DNA of 64,000 nucleotides from Octopus vulgaris (lineage: Eukaryota). Every line of letters begins with the position of its first letter. The stretch's first letter is position 1. This document shows, one piece after another, positions 46,610 through 60,105 of this stretch. The translations under genes were made by a program, and so were the position numbers. The notes beneath the pieces were generated by a model. It made no database searches, was not told where the DNA came from, and was given only the letters and a program-made list of their open reading frames with translations. The stretch spans positions 17,298,001 to 17,362,000 of the forward strand of contig OX597834.1 of NCBI GenBank assembly GCA_951406725.2, in the 5' to 3' direction.

Positions 46610-46997
46610 ATTTAACAAGAATTGTATTAGCATTTATACATTTAGGCAGGTTTAAAGGAGTGGTGGTGGGGGACTTTTTGGGGGTAGGCATAGCGCAAAA
46701 TATCATACTTGGGGGAGTGGTCAAGGAGTCAGTGGTAAGTTAGATGAAAGAATAGATAAATAAAAAAAAAAATAAATAAATAAATAAATAAATAAAAAAT
46801 AAAAAAAAAATAAAAAAAAAATAAAAAAAAAAAATAAAAAAATAAAAAATATAAAAAATATAAAAAATATATATAAAAAAATATATATATATAAAAAAAG
46901 GGGGGATAGAGTTATAGGTAAATAAGGAGATTCTCACTTATACCTATACACACATGTATACGTATCTACACACACATACATACATACACATATATAT

Positions 46998-47047
<50 letters not shown>

Positions 47048-47918
47048 GTACACACATACATACATATCTACATACACACATACATACACCCGCCCACATA
47101 TACAAATTTATACACATGCACATGCCTATACCTGTCTACACATACACACACGTATATATGCATACACTCACTCCCATGCATGCACGCATACACACATGTA
47201 TATATATACATATATATATACACGACCACACATACATATATACACATAAAAATATATATTCATACGCACATACACTCATGCACACACAACACACCTAGTT
47301 CCCTATATACACATATTTACACCTATATATACATACACCCACATACACCTATGTACACATATATATATATAAACATATACACGCATACATATATATACAT
47401 GTGTGCACATACATACATACACACATATATACATACACATACACATACACATGTGTACCTATACATACCTACACATACACACATACATACATACAAATAT
47501 ACATATACATATATATATATACAATCCAATACAGGCCCATTCCCTAATTTTAATTTTATTATCTTCATTTATTACTTTTGTTATCTTTGATCGCTAGGGC
47601 TAAGAATCCTGGCAATGGCTGCATGTCCATTTGTCTGTCTACTAGAAGGCAAGTACTCATTCCCGCACGCACACTCATTAGCACGTACATTCACCCATTC
47701 GTACACTCATACACATACACGTACGCACGCGTTATATTCATACATACAAACATCTACATACGTTCACGTATATACACATACGTACTCGTACCTACAGATT
47801 CGTGTCTACACTTTAGGAGGCTAGTCTATACATATACACCAATAAATATACATATATATATATATATACCCGCATATACATACACACACACACATATATA
47901 CTCCTACATACAGATACA

Positions 47919-47985
<67 letters not shown>

Positions 47986-48621
47986 CATACACATACACAC
48001 ATACATATACACACACATACATACACATATATATACATACACAAACATATATACACACATATATATATACATACACACATACACACATACATACGTATAC
48101 ATACATACATACATCCATACATCCATACTTACATGCATTTATACGCATACACACACCCATCTATATATATGTAAATATATATATATATATATATACACAC
48201 TCACACATACATATACAAATCTACGCACACACATACATACATACACGTATACGCATACACGCACATACACATATACATGCGTACCCATACACGTGCACAC
48301 ACGCACGCGCATCCATATATATACACACACACACATATATATACACGTGTGCAAGCATACATACATACTCATACGCGCACACATACTTACAAATACATAT
48401 ATGCACACACTTACACACATACTTACAAATACATATATGCACACACTTACACACATATATATACATACACATATACATGCATACATACATATATGCATAC
48501 ATACACACACGCACTCATATATATATATATATACATATACACATATATATATATATACATATATATATACATATATATATATAATACACATACATACACA
48601 TACACATACATACACACACAT

Positions 48622-48666
<45 letters not shown>

Positions 48667-49086
48667 TACACACATATATATATGTGTATATGTGTATGTG
48701 TATATGTGTATATATATATATATATACTTGGGGGAGTGGTCAAGGAGTCAGTGGTAAGTGAGAATCTCCGTGTGTGCACGTGTATGGGTACGCATGTATA
48801 TGTGTATGTGCGTGTATGCGTATACGTGTATGTATGTATGTGTGTGCGTAGATTTGTATATGTATGTGTGAGTGTGTATATATATATATATATATATTTA
48901 CATATATATAGATGGGTGTGTGTATGCGTATAAATGCATGTAAGTATGGATGTATGGATGTATGTATGTATGTATACGTATGTATGTGTGTATGTGTGTA
49001 TGTATATATATATGTGTGTATATATGTTTGTGTATGTATATATATGTGTATGTATGTGTGTGTATATGTATGTGTGTATGTGTATG

Positions 49087-49134
<48 letters not shown>

Positions 49135-50012
49135 TATGTATCTGTATGTAGGAGTATATATGTGTGTGTGTGTATGTATATGCGGGTATATATATATATA
49201 TATGTATATTTATTGGTGTATATGTATAGACTAGCCTCCTAAAGTGTAGACACGAATCTGTAGGTACGAGTACGTATGTGTATATACGTGAACGTATGTA
49301 GATGTTTGTATGTATGAATATAACGCGTGCGTACGTGTATGTGTATGAGTGTACGAATGGGTGAATGTACGTGCTAATGAGTGTGCGTGCGGGAATGAGT
49401 ACTTGCCTTCTAGTAGACAGACAAATGGACATGCAGCCATTGCCAGGATTCTTAGCCCTAGCGATCAAAGATAACAAAAGTAATAAATGAAGATAATAAA
49501 ATTAAAATTAGGGAATGGGCCTGTATTGGATTGTATATATATATATGTATATGTATATTTGTATGTATGTATGTGTGTATGTGTAGGTATGTATAGGTAC
49601 ACATGTGTATGTGTATGTGTATGTATATATGTGTGTATGTATGTATGTGCACACATGTATATATATGTATGCGTGTATATGTTTATATATATATATGTGT
49701 ACATAGGTGTATGTGGGTGTATGTATATATAGGTGTAAATATGTGTATATAGGGAACTAGGTGTGTTGTGTGTGCATGAGTGTATGTGCGTATGAATATA
49801 TATTTTTATGTGTATATATGTATGTGTGGTCGTGGGTATATATATGTATATATATACATGTGTGTATGCGTGCATGCATGGGAGTGAGTGTATGCATATA
49901 TACGTGTGTGTATGTGTAGACAGGTATAGGCATGTGCATGTGTATAAATTTGTATATGTGGGCGGGTGTATGTATGTGTGTATGTAGATATGTATGTATG
50001 TGTGTACATATG

Positions 50013-50056
<44 letters not shown>

Positions 50057-50460
50057 GTGTGTGTATATATATGTGTATGTATGTATGTGTGTGTAGATAC
50101 GTATACATGTGTGTATAGGTATGAGTGAGAATCTCCTTATTTACCTATAACTCTATCCCCCCTTTTTTATATATATATATTTTTTATATATATATTTTTT
50201 ATATATATATTTTTATATTTTTTATTTTTTTATTTTTTTATTTATTTATTTATTTATTTTTTTTTATTTTTATTTTTTTATTTTTATTTTTTATTTTTTT
50301 ATTTTTTTATTTATCTATTCTTTCATCTAACTTACCACTGACTCCTTGACCACTCCCCCAAGTATGATATTTTGCGCTATGCCTACCCCCAAAAAGTCCC
50401 CCACCACCACTCCTTTAAACCTGCCTAAATGTATAAATGCTAATACAATTCTTGTTAAAT

Positions 50461-50511
50461 AGCTTCCTGAAGATTTCTCTTGAATGAAACAGTACTAGTC
50501 CTGTAGAAGCT
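50461..50511 (+). ncRNA. Type I hammerhead ribozyme motif
   Basis: agcttc-CTGAAGA-t ttc tctt gaa t-GAAAC-ag tactagtc ct-GTA-gaagct: 6-bp stem I, stem III cag/ctg, T-T mismatch at the base of stem II; TATAAA upstream and AATAAA downstream. Confidence 0.72.
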
Positions 50512-50594
50512 CCTTCTATATAATAAATTAATTTTACTCTGCTATGTATTGAGTACCTTACTTACTGTGGTTAACCCCGAATCAACCCGGGACC

Positions 50595-50625
<31 letters not shown>

Positions 50626-51027
50626 GGGAGAATTCACGAAAGAAACAAAAGACGAATATATATAAAAACACATGCATACATATACATACACATGTAGCAC
50701 CAGCTAAACCCTTGGAGGGAGTAGACTAGCATGATCACAGTCCAATGACTAAAACCACCAGCAACTCTACCAGTTACAATTGGTGTTCAAGTGAATTTAC
50801 GATCTGGCTATAAATTCTGTTTCCTTTCTCCCCTCCCTCCCCAGCAATTCACTCTAAATGCTCTCATTTACAGTTGAAGTACTGTGAAATAACAATAGAC
50901 AAGTTATGTACCTCTACTGGTGGCCAGTTTTGTCTCTCTATCTCTCTCTCTCTCTAAGTGGGACTGGCAACTGTATTTCATGTTGCATTCACCCAAGATT
51001 AAATTTTGAATTGTGTGTGTTTATATA

Positions 51028-51058
<31 letters not shown>

Positions 51059-51067
51059 CATATATAT

Positions 51068-51310
51068 GTGGCACGTAAAAAACACCATCTGAGCGTGGCC
51101 GTTCGCCAGCCTCGTCTGGCACCTGTGTTGGTGGCACATAAAAAGCACCCACTACACTCAAGGAGTGGTTGGCGTTAGGAAGGGCATCCAGCTGTAGAAA
51201 CACTGCCAGATCTGACTGGCCTGGTGCAGCCTTCAGGCTTCCCAGACCCCAGTTGAACCGTCCAACCCATGCTAGCATGGAAAGCGGACGTTAAACGATG
51301 ATGATGATGA
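51068..51310 (+). mobile_element. SINE-like family E, 3' part
   Basis: Matches 9648-9875. Confidence 0.8.
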
Positions 51311-51401
51311 TATATATATATATACATACACACACACACACAGAGTGTATATATTATTTATATAAAAAGATAGTGTATACATACGGATTAGTATAGATTT
51401 G

Positions 51402-51434
<33 letters not shown>

Positions 51435-53062
51435 GTGCAGGTATGGTTGTGTGGACAAGTGTCTTCTACTATAGTTTCAAGCTGACCAAAGCCTTGTGAG
51501 TGGATTTGGTAGACAGAAACCGAAAGAAGCCAGTCGTATGTGTGTATGTATAATATGTTTATCGCCACATCAATATGACTGTTCCGTTAAAATCGACATT
51601 ACTTCTGTTTTTAACCCCAGGAAGAGCCTCCTGTAGTTGGTTATCAATGCAATCTGCACCAAATATATATTGCAAGCAGGGGAGCGAACTCCTACTATCT
51701 TCTAGCAGACGACGTCTGCAGTCAAATGACTGAAAGAAGATACACACATAGAAATGTTATGGGCGTGTATGTGCATGTGTGTGTATATGTGTGTGCATAA
51801 ACTAGGAGTACAATCTAAAGAAAACATGTGGAGATTAACTCAGATCTGCATTACTACATGTTTCACGAATGTTTTAAAAAAACACATTTGTTAGCTTAGG
51901 TGCAATAAGAGTGAATGAATGGTATCCATTCTAAATAAGGCTGATGGTCAGTAAAAGATCGGTTAAGTTAATTTTCGTTGACCATTTTATTTGATAACTT
52001 TAAAATGTATTGTGATTGCCGGTTACTGCTACATGGGAAGCAATTCTGATGCATTACATGCGAGTAGTCTCCCTTGCTTTCTTTAGAAATTCCAGTGAAA
52101 TTCAAAATTTCAATGGAATACATAGAATAGGTTTGATAAATAGTGGCTTAGGATTAGCTATTTAAAAAAATATTTTCTTTCTTTACATACACAAGTGATC
52201 TGTAGTGCATTGAGGGTCCGCCCAGAAACCGAATCACCACTATTTTTGTCTCATTCCTGCTCCACTTATACTACCATCCCCTCTTCTAAATCATGAATAG
52301 TTACATAGTCAGCACCTTCCTCCTCCTCATCATTATCGTTTAACATCTGCCTTCCATGCTGGCATGGGTTGGAATATTTGACAGGAGCTGGCCAGGTAGG
52401 AGCCTGCAGACCTCTGTGTCTAATTTGGCATGTTTTTTTTTTTTACAGCTGGTTGCCCATCCTAACACCAACCACCCAGCACAAAAATACCTGTTCTATT
52501 CTCTTATACTGCAACTCCTTCATCTCTTTGTAATAATACTTTGCCCATCATGGTTTGTAGTCTTGCAGACTGCTTGGAGACCTCACTAGTGCTGGTGCCA
52601 CTAAAAAAAAAACAAGTACATGCTGTAAAGTGGTTGGCTTGAGGAAGAGCATCCAGCCATAAAAACAAGGCTGAATTATGACCCTTAGAGATTCTAAGCA
52701 CTTAAAAGATTTCGGTACCGACATGCTTTTTTTATTCTTTTACTTGTTTCAGTCATTTGACTGCGGCCATGCTGGGGCATGAGTCGGATGGTTTGACCTG
52801 GGGTGGCAAACTGTGGAGCTGCACCAGACTCTGGTCTGATTAGGCATGGTTTCTATGGCTGGATGCCCTTCCTAATGCCAACCACTTAACAGTGTGTGCG
52901 GGATGCTTTTATATGGCGCCGCTCAAGCACTTCTACGCATGGCACTATTATTATGTGACACTGCATGGGTGCTTTTACATGGCATTGCACAGGCACTTTT
53001 ATGCATCTATATATATATATATTTAAAAAAGGAGATGTGGAACACGAGTTGTGATATATAAA

Positions 53063-53364
53063 AAAGGAAATGAGGAAAATACTGACAAAATAATTTAAGT
53101 AATTTAATTAGGTGAAAGTTCTTTTTACCGGTTGCGCATTTGTTATGCTTATCAAAATTTTTTTAAGAGAGAAAGAGTTCCTTTCTGATAGATTTTTCCT
53201 CTTATCTGGAAAAGATAAGAAGAAAAAATCTATCAGAAAGGAACTCTTTCTCTCTTAAAAAAAATTTTGATAAGCATAACAAATGTGCAACCGGTAAAAA
53301 GAACTTTCATCTAATTAAATTACTTAAATTACTTAAATTATTTTGTCAGCATTTTCTTCATTTC

Positions 53365-53368
<4 letters not shown>
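53063..53368. repeat. Near-perfect inverted repeat (~145-bp arms, 5-nt spacer) between (TA)n tracts, with degenerate hammerhead motifs
   Basis: Centre cttatct-ggaaa-agataag; each arm has TTGATAA-gca...tg(c/t)-GCAAC-cg-GTA. Confidence 0.9.
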
Positions 53369-53420
<52 letters not shown>

Positions 53421-54024
53421 TGTTTCAGTCATTGGGCTGCAGCCATGTTGGTGCACCATTTTGATGGGTTTTAGTTGAACAAACTGACCCCAGTTATTGT
53501 GTTTTCTCTTTAAGTCTGGTTCATATTCTATCGGTCTCTTTTGCTAAACTGCTAAGTTGCAGAGATGTAAACAAACCATCACCCCAGTTATCAAGTGGTT
53601 ATGCTGGGGTGATGACAGACACACTCATGCATACATATATCTACATAAAGGTTGAACGATGAAACAGAGTGCTCAACACCGCATTGGTGGATATGATTTC
53701 TTTATTTGTGAATTAAGGCTACCATTGGTTTCATGTTAAGACAAGTAGGAAAATATCCTAGTGTCTTAAAAATTTTCAAGCCGATCACATGGAGAAAAGT
53801 GTTCGCCTCCATTATATGCACAACAGGCTTCAACACAGTTTCCATTTACTAAATTTGCTCACAAGGCATTTGTTGGCCCAGGGCTTATAGTAGAAGACAC
53901 CCAATGTGCTGTGCTGTGGGACTGAACTTCAGATTACATGGTTGCAAAGCAAGCTTCTCAATCACACACCCTCATATATGTGTGTGTATGTATGTGTATA
54001 TATACACACACACACACATATATT

Positions 54025-54440
54025 CTTTACTCTTTACTCTTTTACTTGTTTCAGTCATTTGACTGCGGTCATGCTGGTGCACCGCCTTCAGTTGAGCAAA
54101 TCGACCCCGGGACTTATCTTTGCAAGCCCAGTACTTATTCTATTGGTCTCTTTTTGCTGAACCGCTAAGTGACGAGGACGTAAACACACCAGCATCGGTT
54201 GTCAAGCAATGCTAGGGGGACAAACACAGACACGCAAACACACACATGCATACATACAAATATATATACATATATACGACAGGCTTCTTTCAGTTTCCGT
54301 CTACCAAATCCACTCACAGGGCATTGGTCGGTCCGGGGCTATAGCAGAAGACACTTGCTCAAGATGCCACGCAGTGGGACTGAGCCCGGAACCATGTGGT
54401 TGGTTAGCAAGCTACTTACCACACAGCCACTCTTGCGCCT
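54025..54440 (-). mobile_element. SINE family A, full-length
   Basis: Reverse complement of 6781-7182. Confidence 0.9.
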
Positions 54441-54443
54441 ATG

Positions 54444-54487
<44 letters not shown>

Positions 54488-54507
54488 CACACACACATAT
54501 ATATATA

Positions 54508-54674
54508 TGTTTATTTTATTAACACATTCCTAGAATGATGAGTTTGAGTTGATGGAAATGATAGAGGCCAACATAAGATATTGCAGAACTAAACATTGCA
54601 ATATCTTATGTTGGCCTCTATCATTTCCATCAACTCAAACTCATCATTCTAGGAATGTGTTAATAAAATAAACA
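54508..54674. repeat. Perfect inverted repeat (78-bp arms, 11-nt spacer) within TA/CA microsatellite
   Basis: ...ccaacataagatattgca-gaactaaacat-tgcaatatcttatgttgg... Confidence 0.95.
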
Positions 54675-55264
54675 CACACACATATATACATATATATATA
54701 TATATATATAACACATATATATATATACATATATATATATACACACATATATATAATATGTAATGTCCTCCATGTGAACAAGCTGCTTTACTTAGCACGT
54801 TGTTCATTCATACTCACCTTTTGTCATTTGTAATCAACACTTTACATTTATTACTCGGAAAGACAAAAAGAAAAAAATAAAAGAAGGTAAATGCCAACAT
54901 ATTCTCATGGGCTTACATAATTGCTGTATGTCTTCCTTTTCGCTCTGTACCAAAACCATCAGTCTCTGCTCCGTCTGTCAAACTACTGTCAGTCAGTCAC
55001 TCAACGATTATGTACTCCCGTAACACTACACATCTACGCACACATCTTCCTCTTCAGCTACTGACATTACCGCATCACTCAGTACCTTACTTCTCCTCTT
55101 CCCCCCACCCCATCTACAGACCTCCCACCACTTCTACCATCTAGTTATGCCGAGTTGCTTTACTTTGTCACTTTATCAATGGTTTTTTTAACTCCTAAAA
55201 TTGTATTCCATTCAGTGTGTTTCCTACTTTCTTTTTTATACATTGACAGTTTGTTTGTTGTCAG

Positions 55265-55297
<33 letters not shown>

Positions 55298-55569
55298 CAC
55301 AAGCAACCGACCTTATGTGAAATCAAATTTATTACTTAGTGTTTTTTTTTTTTTTTATAATATAAGCCTCCCTCCCCCTCTACTGGATGCTGGTACTCAT
55401 ATATTGCATCACAACTCATACAAAGCAACACATAAACAAACTCCTGTTTTTTTTGAGTCATTGAGGGAGCCTCTTCACTTAAAATGAGAGGAATAGCTGC
55501 CAAATTGTCCTTGAGAAGTTTTAAATAAAGAAGAAACTTACTTGGAAAAGGATGCGTGGCATTTGAATA

Positions 55570-55780
55570 TCATCATCACCATTGTTTAACGTCCGCTTTC
55601 CATGCTAGCATGGGTTGGACGATTTTGACTGAGGGCTGGCGAACCAGATGGCTGCACCAGACTCCAATCTTGATTTGGCAGAGTTTCTACAGCTGGATGC
55701 CCTTCCTAACGCCAACCACTCCGAGAGTGTAGTGGGTGCTTTTTATATGCCACCGGCATGGGGGCCAGTCGGGCAGTACT
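55570..55780 (-). mobile_element. SINE-like family E
   Basis: Reverse complement of the family E 3' part. Confidence 0.8.
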
Positions 55781-56505
55781 GAATGTATAAATATGTGCAT
55801 ATATATATGTACATACCTACATATGTGCATATATATATATATACATGCATAAATGGGTACAGGACTTCAAAAAACGTTGAACATAATGAGAAACGAAAAC
55901 TTAAAAACAAAAAACATAGAAAACGAACTTTTTTTTCAAACAACGAAAAAACAGAGCAACGAGACCTGCAACATAAAGAATATTCCCCTTCATCAGTTGT
56001 CCTTGTTTCATCTACTCCGCATTTTGAAGATAAGGACAATACACGGCTTCGTTGAAACAGTCCTTCCCGCAAAGCAAATTAAATAAAATTTGGGATTTTT
56101 TGTGGAGAGTGAAAGTGGTGACAAAAACAGGACAGGGAGAACAAGACAGTAAAAACAAATGGTGAGGACTGTTAAGCCAAGATGATGGAAGAATTATTAT
56201 GAATGTTGTATATATACATATATATGTAGGTGTGTATATATATGTATGTATATATGCATATATTTATACATTATTTATATTTAAATAAAGGTTACATTGG
56301 GCATTGTAACTTCCTCAATACAAAGAAAGACAGGATGGTCATACTGTAATGTCTTTGATCATGGGTCTGCCTTGTTAGGATTGACCTGGAGTTAAACATC
56401 AAACCAACTATTATCTATCCCTTACACACACACACACACACACTTCACTTAAATTCTCTTTTATAAAATGTCATTTCACCAGCTAGGAACATTTATTTAC
56501 TTTAA

Positions 56506-56717
56506 CCCTTTAGCACAGAATCTGGCCATATCTGGCCCCAAATATTCTACCTTGTTTCATGTTCAACCATATTCAGCTTCTCACACCTACCCTATAATGT
56601 CATTCTAAAAACATTACAATCACCTCATTGAAATCTCGAAGCTATGAGATTATGCATGATTAATTCAAAACAATGTGAATAAATATTACATTTGACAGTA
56701 ATCTGAATACTAAAGAG
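56506..56717. mobile_element. piggyBac-like MITE, second family
   Basis: TTAA|CCCTTTAG...CTAAAGAG|TTAA; partial relative at ~60840-60960. Confidence 0.65.
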
Positions 56718-56729
56718 TTAAGCTAATTA

Positions 56730-57040
56730 CTTTGATTTGACCCCCTTCAGGCATGACTATGGGATTGCAACTAGAAAGTTCTCCTCCAAGGCACAAGTCT
56801 GGGCAAGGTTGTTTATAGAAAACCAGCAGTTGCTCATGTATACTAGCCTCTCCTCTCCATGCCCCTGATGTTATCCAAAGGAAAGGCAAAGGCCAACATA
56901 GCTTGGCACCAGCTGAGTGAACTGGAGCAACGTGAAATGAAGTGTCTTGCTCAAGAACACAACACACAGCCCAGTCCAGGAATCGAACTCACAACCTCAT
57001 GATTGTGAGCCCTATACTCTAACCACTGAACCATGTGCCT
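56730..57040 (-). mobile_element. tRNA-derived SINE family F
   Basis: Minus strand: tggttcagtggttagagt...gagttcgattcc...gtgttcttgagcaagacact. Confidence 0.75.
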
Positions 57041-57073
57041 TCATTTTACTCTGCCTTCATAATACACACACAC

Positions 57074-57112
<39 letters not shown>

Positions 57113-57468
57113 GGATAAATGAATTACCTTGTTACGGATTATTCTTAAAACAATTCGAACATTAACATTAGTTATACAGAATATATTCACACCCTTTGGT
57201 TTTCTGTAATTCTTCCCCTACCAAATTTAACCGCAGTTTGACCTCGATTTATTCCAACGGACTTTTTCGTTGGCCTTCACCCACCCTGATGTCAACGCAC
57301 ATTGAGAGACAGTTTTGTGCCATTCATATCATGGGCTCCTAAGGAGCGTTTCATTTGAATAGCTTGCTGCGCATTTGTTTGGAGATTTAAATTCCTGGAT
57401 TTTCCTGTGTGTACCGTTGGCAATTTTTTCCCTCTCTCTTCTCTTCTTTGGATCTTTCCTTTTCCTAT

Positions 57469-57503
57469 TCTTCTGACGAAGAGCTCTGCTCGAAACGTTT
57501 AAC
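57469..57503 (+). ncRNA. Minimal hammerhead ribozyme-like motif in a Penelope-like pLTR fragment (~57410-57585)
   Basis: CTGACGA-a-gagc tct gctc-GAAAC-GTT; stem I degenerate; flanks homologous to 31338-31462. Confidence 0.5.
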
Positions 57504-57583
57504 CCGCCTTCTTTCCTGAGCGTCCAATAATACTATACTTGTTCCACGTCCTCGCATTGTTGTGTTTTCATGTTTGGATTAAC

Positions 57584-57619
<36 letters not shown>

Positions 57620-58348
57620 TACAAACACATATATAAACATACATATTTATAGGTGGATAGGCAGATACGACAGTCTTCCCCACAGTTTCCATGTACCAGA
57701 TTCACTCACCGGGCATTAGTCAGCCTGGGACTGCAATAGGAGACAGTTGCCCTAGGTGCCATGCTGTGAGACTGAACCTGAAACCTTGTGATTGCAAAGC
57801 AAGCTTCTTAGCCATTCAGCTATATCTAGGATCCACCCCCCCCCAACATTCTCTCCTTCCCTCTTCCCCCACCTTTTTGTCCTCCAGCTATGACTGATTA
57901 TTTGGGCTTGAAACAACTGTCTCATTGTCATCAAATTCCAAAAAAACAAGCAAAGCCAGTCCGGTGGGTGTGGTGGAGGGGGCGTCTGTTTATAATAGCA
58001 CCTTTTCCACACTACCTCCTCCTTCCTCCTCTCTCTCTCTCTATTTCTCTGTCTCTTTCCCTTATTTGATGTCTGCTGAGTTGATGTGTCACTAACACTT
58101 CCTGCCTGGAACACTTGTTTTTTCTTAAACCTGTCAGCTATTCAGTAACTAACTACAAGACATTACATCTTCATCATCCAAGCCTACCACAAGTTAAATG
58201 TGATGTTAACTGAAATCCCTGGGAACAAATTTTTATGTAAGCCTTATTTACTTTCACAGTAATAATCCTTTATGTGGGCTGAGCCAACAAGGGGCAGTGG
58301 AACTGTATGTGAGTGCTTGATTTGCTAGAAATAGCAACTAAATTTCCT

Positions 58349-58735
58349 CAGGAGTGGCTGTGTGGTAAGTAGCTTGCTAACCAACCACATGGTTCCAGGT
58401 TCATTCCCACTGCGTGGCACTTTAGGCAAGTGTCTTCTACTATAGCCCTGGGCCGACCAATGCCTTGTGAGTGGATTTGGTAGACGGAAACTGAAAGAAG
58501 CCTGTCGTATATATGTATATATATATGTATGTGTTTGTGTGTCTGTGTTTGTCCCCCTAGCATTGCTTGACAACCGATGCTGGTGTGTTTACGTCCCCGT
58601 CACTTAGTGGTTCAGCAAAAGAGACCGATAGAATAAGTACTGGGCTTACAAAGAATAAGTCCCAGGGTCGATTTGCTCGACTAAAGGCGGTGCTCCAGCA
58701 TGGCCGCAGTCAAATGACTGAAACAAGTAAAAGAG
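58349..58735 (+). mobile_element. SINE family A, full-length
   Basis: Matches 6781-7182. Confidence 0.9.
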
Positions 58736-59866
58736 TACTGTTTGCAGAAAAAAAAAATGAAAGAACATTTTAGATAATTTAGTCCTAGATACATTGTGGT
58801 TGAATATGAATTGGAATGTGTTTGATCATAGATCAGTTGGGTCTGACTTGGGGTTTAATAAAAGCAAATCTCTATGAAAAAGTATTATCCTTTTCCTTGT
58901 TTAAATTATCTAAACAACAGACTTGGCTTTGTCTATCTGCCTGGCTGTCTGCTTCTTTCTTGGTCTGTCTCTTTCTTTCTCCCCCCTCTTGGTCTGTCTG
59001 TCTATTTTATTTTTAAATACAGCCGACCCAGTAGGGATCTCTTACATTGGCACAAGGCCATAACTTTGAAAGGAGATGTGGCGGATTATCTCTTATCTGT
59101 CTTAACATTATAATTAAATCCAAAGCTAAATACCTGCCCTTTAAAAATAATTCAGGACATAGAAATAGGTGGCATTTATGTTTTACATTCTTTAGTGATG
59201 GTTACAGAATGCTAGCAGTTATCCTCCTCCTCATCATCATCATCATCATCACAATCATCATCATCATCAACAACAGCATCTTAGTCATCGTTTTAATGTT
59301 CACTTTTCCATGTTCGCATGGGCCAGACAGAATTCATTGAGGCAGGTGTTCTATGGCTGGATGCCCTTCCTGGTGCTAAACCTTCCCAGTTTTCCAGCAA
59401 AGTAACATTTCTTTATGAACAGACGTTTCGATGGAAGATTGGAATCAAAGGACACTGCTCGTATCACTGTGACACTCAATACTGAGCGTCACAGAATGCT
59501 GAGGCAAGAAGACCCACACACACACATTGAGCTTTTTATCTAGTTCCTGTCTATGAAATCCACTCAAGGATTTATCAACATTTATAATAAGCAGATTACA
59601 GCACTTTTTCCTTGCTGGCATGGATTGGACAGGAAATATTTATTTCATCAAGTGAATCCTTTTCAAATATACTTTATCTTGTCAGTTTTTTTTATCTCCT
59701 TTGTAGCTTAGATTTGACCGAAGCGAAAACTCCATCTCTGGGAGACTCAGCATTCTCAGATCTCTCATTAAAACATTATCTTCTTTGTTCTTTTTCTTCT
59801 GCTAATATCTTCTATTTGGCACTCATGTTTTTTGCTTTATTTATTCACCCTTTTGTTTGTTTAATT

Positions 59867-60105
59867 CAGGGGTTTCCCAACTTTTTCTAGTGCCTTTCCC
59901 TCCCCCCAACTCACCACCACAAACAGACCACTTTCTGCAGCAAATTCAACCCAACCATATTTCACAAATAAAGCTTAACCTAATTGACCCATTATTTTGT
60001 TTTTACGTTCATCACCGCCATTTGGCCACCTCGTTATCACCCCCACTTTTCTTCAATCTTTCTCCCCACCGATCTTTCCACAGCCCCTCACTTTGGGAAC
60101 CACTG
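59867..60105. mobile_element. hAT-like MITE with 8-bp TSD
   Basis: CAGGGGTTTCCCAA...TTGGGAACCACTG; flanks gtttaatt and gtttaact (7/8 match). Confidence 0.8.

Larger units (their letters stand above)
46542..50528. repeat. Large inverted repeat: arms ~46542-48303 and ~48769-50528, 465-bp spacer; Penelope-like
   Basis: Unique blocks (46542-46745, 46900-46950, 47520-47830) are mirrored at 50325-50528, 50110-50165 and 49225-49535; the arms differ mainly in microsatellite and homopolymer lengths. Confidence 0.93.

Noticed and set aside
46954-50349. Many long ORFs (up to 245 aa) rich in Y/I/H/T or C/V/M
   Set aside because: They are translations of TA/CA/TG microsatellites, mirrored by the inverted repeat; not genes.
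55850-56200. CTGATGA (minus) and TTGAAGA...GAAACAGTC (plus) hammerhead-like fragments
   Set aside because: Stems I-III could not be formed consistently; left as an unclassified TA-flanked repeat.
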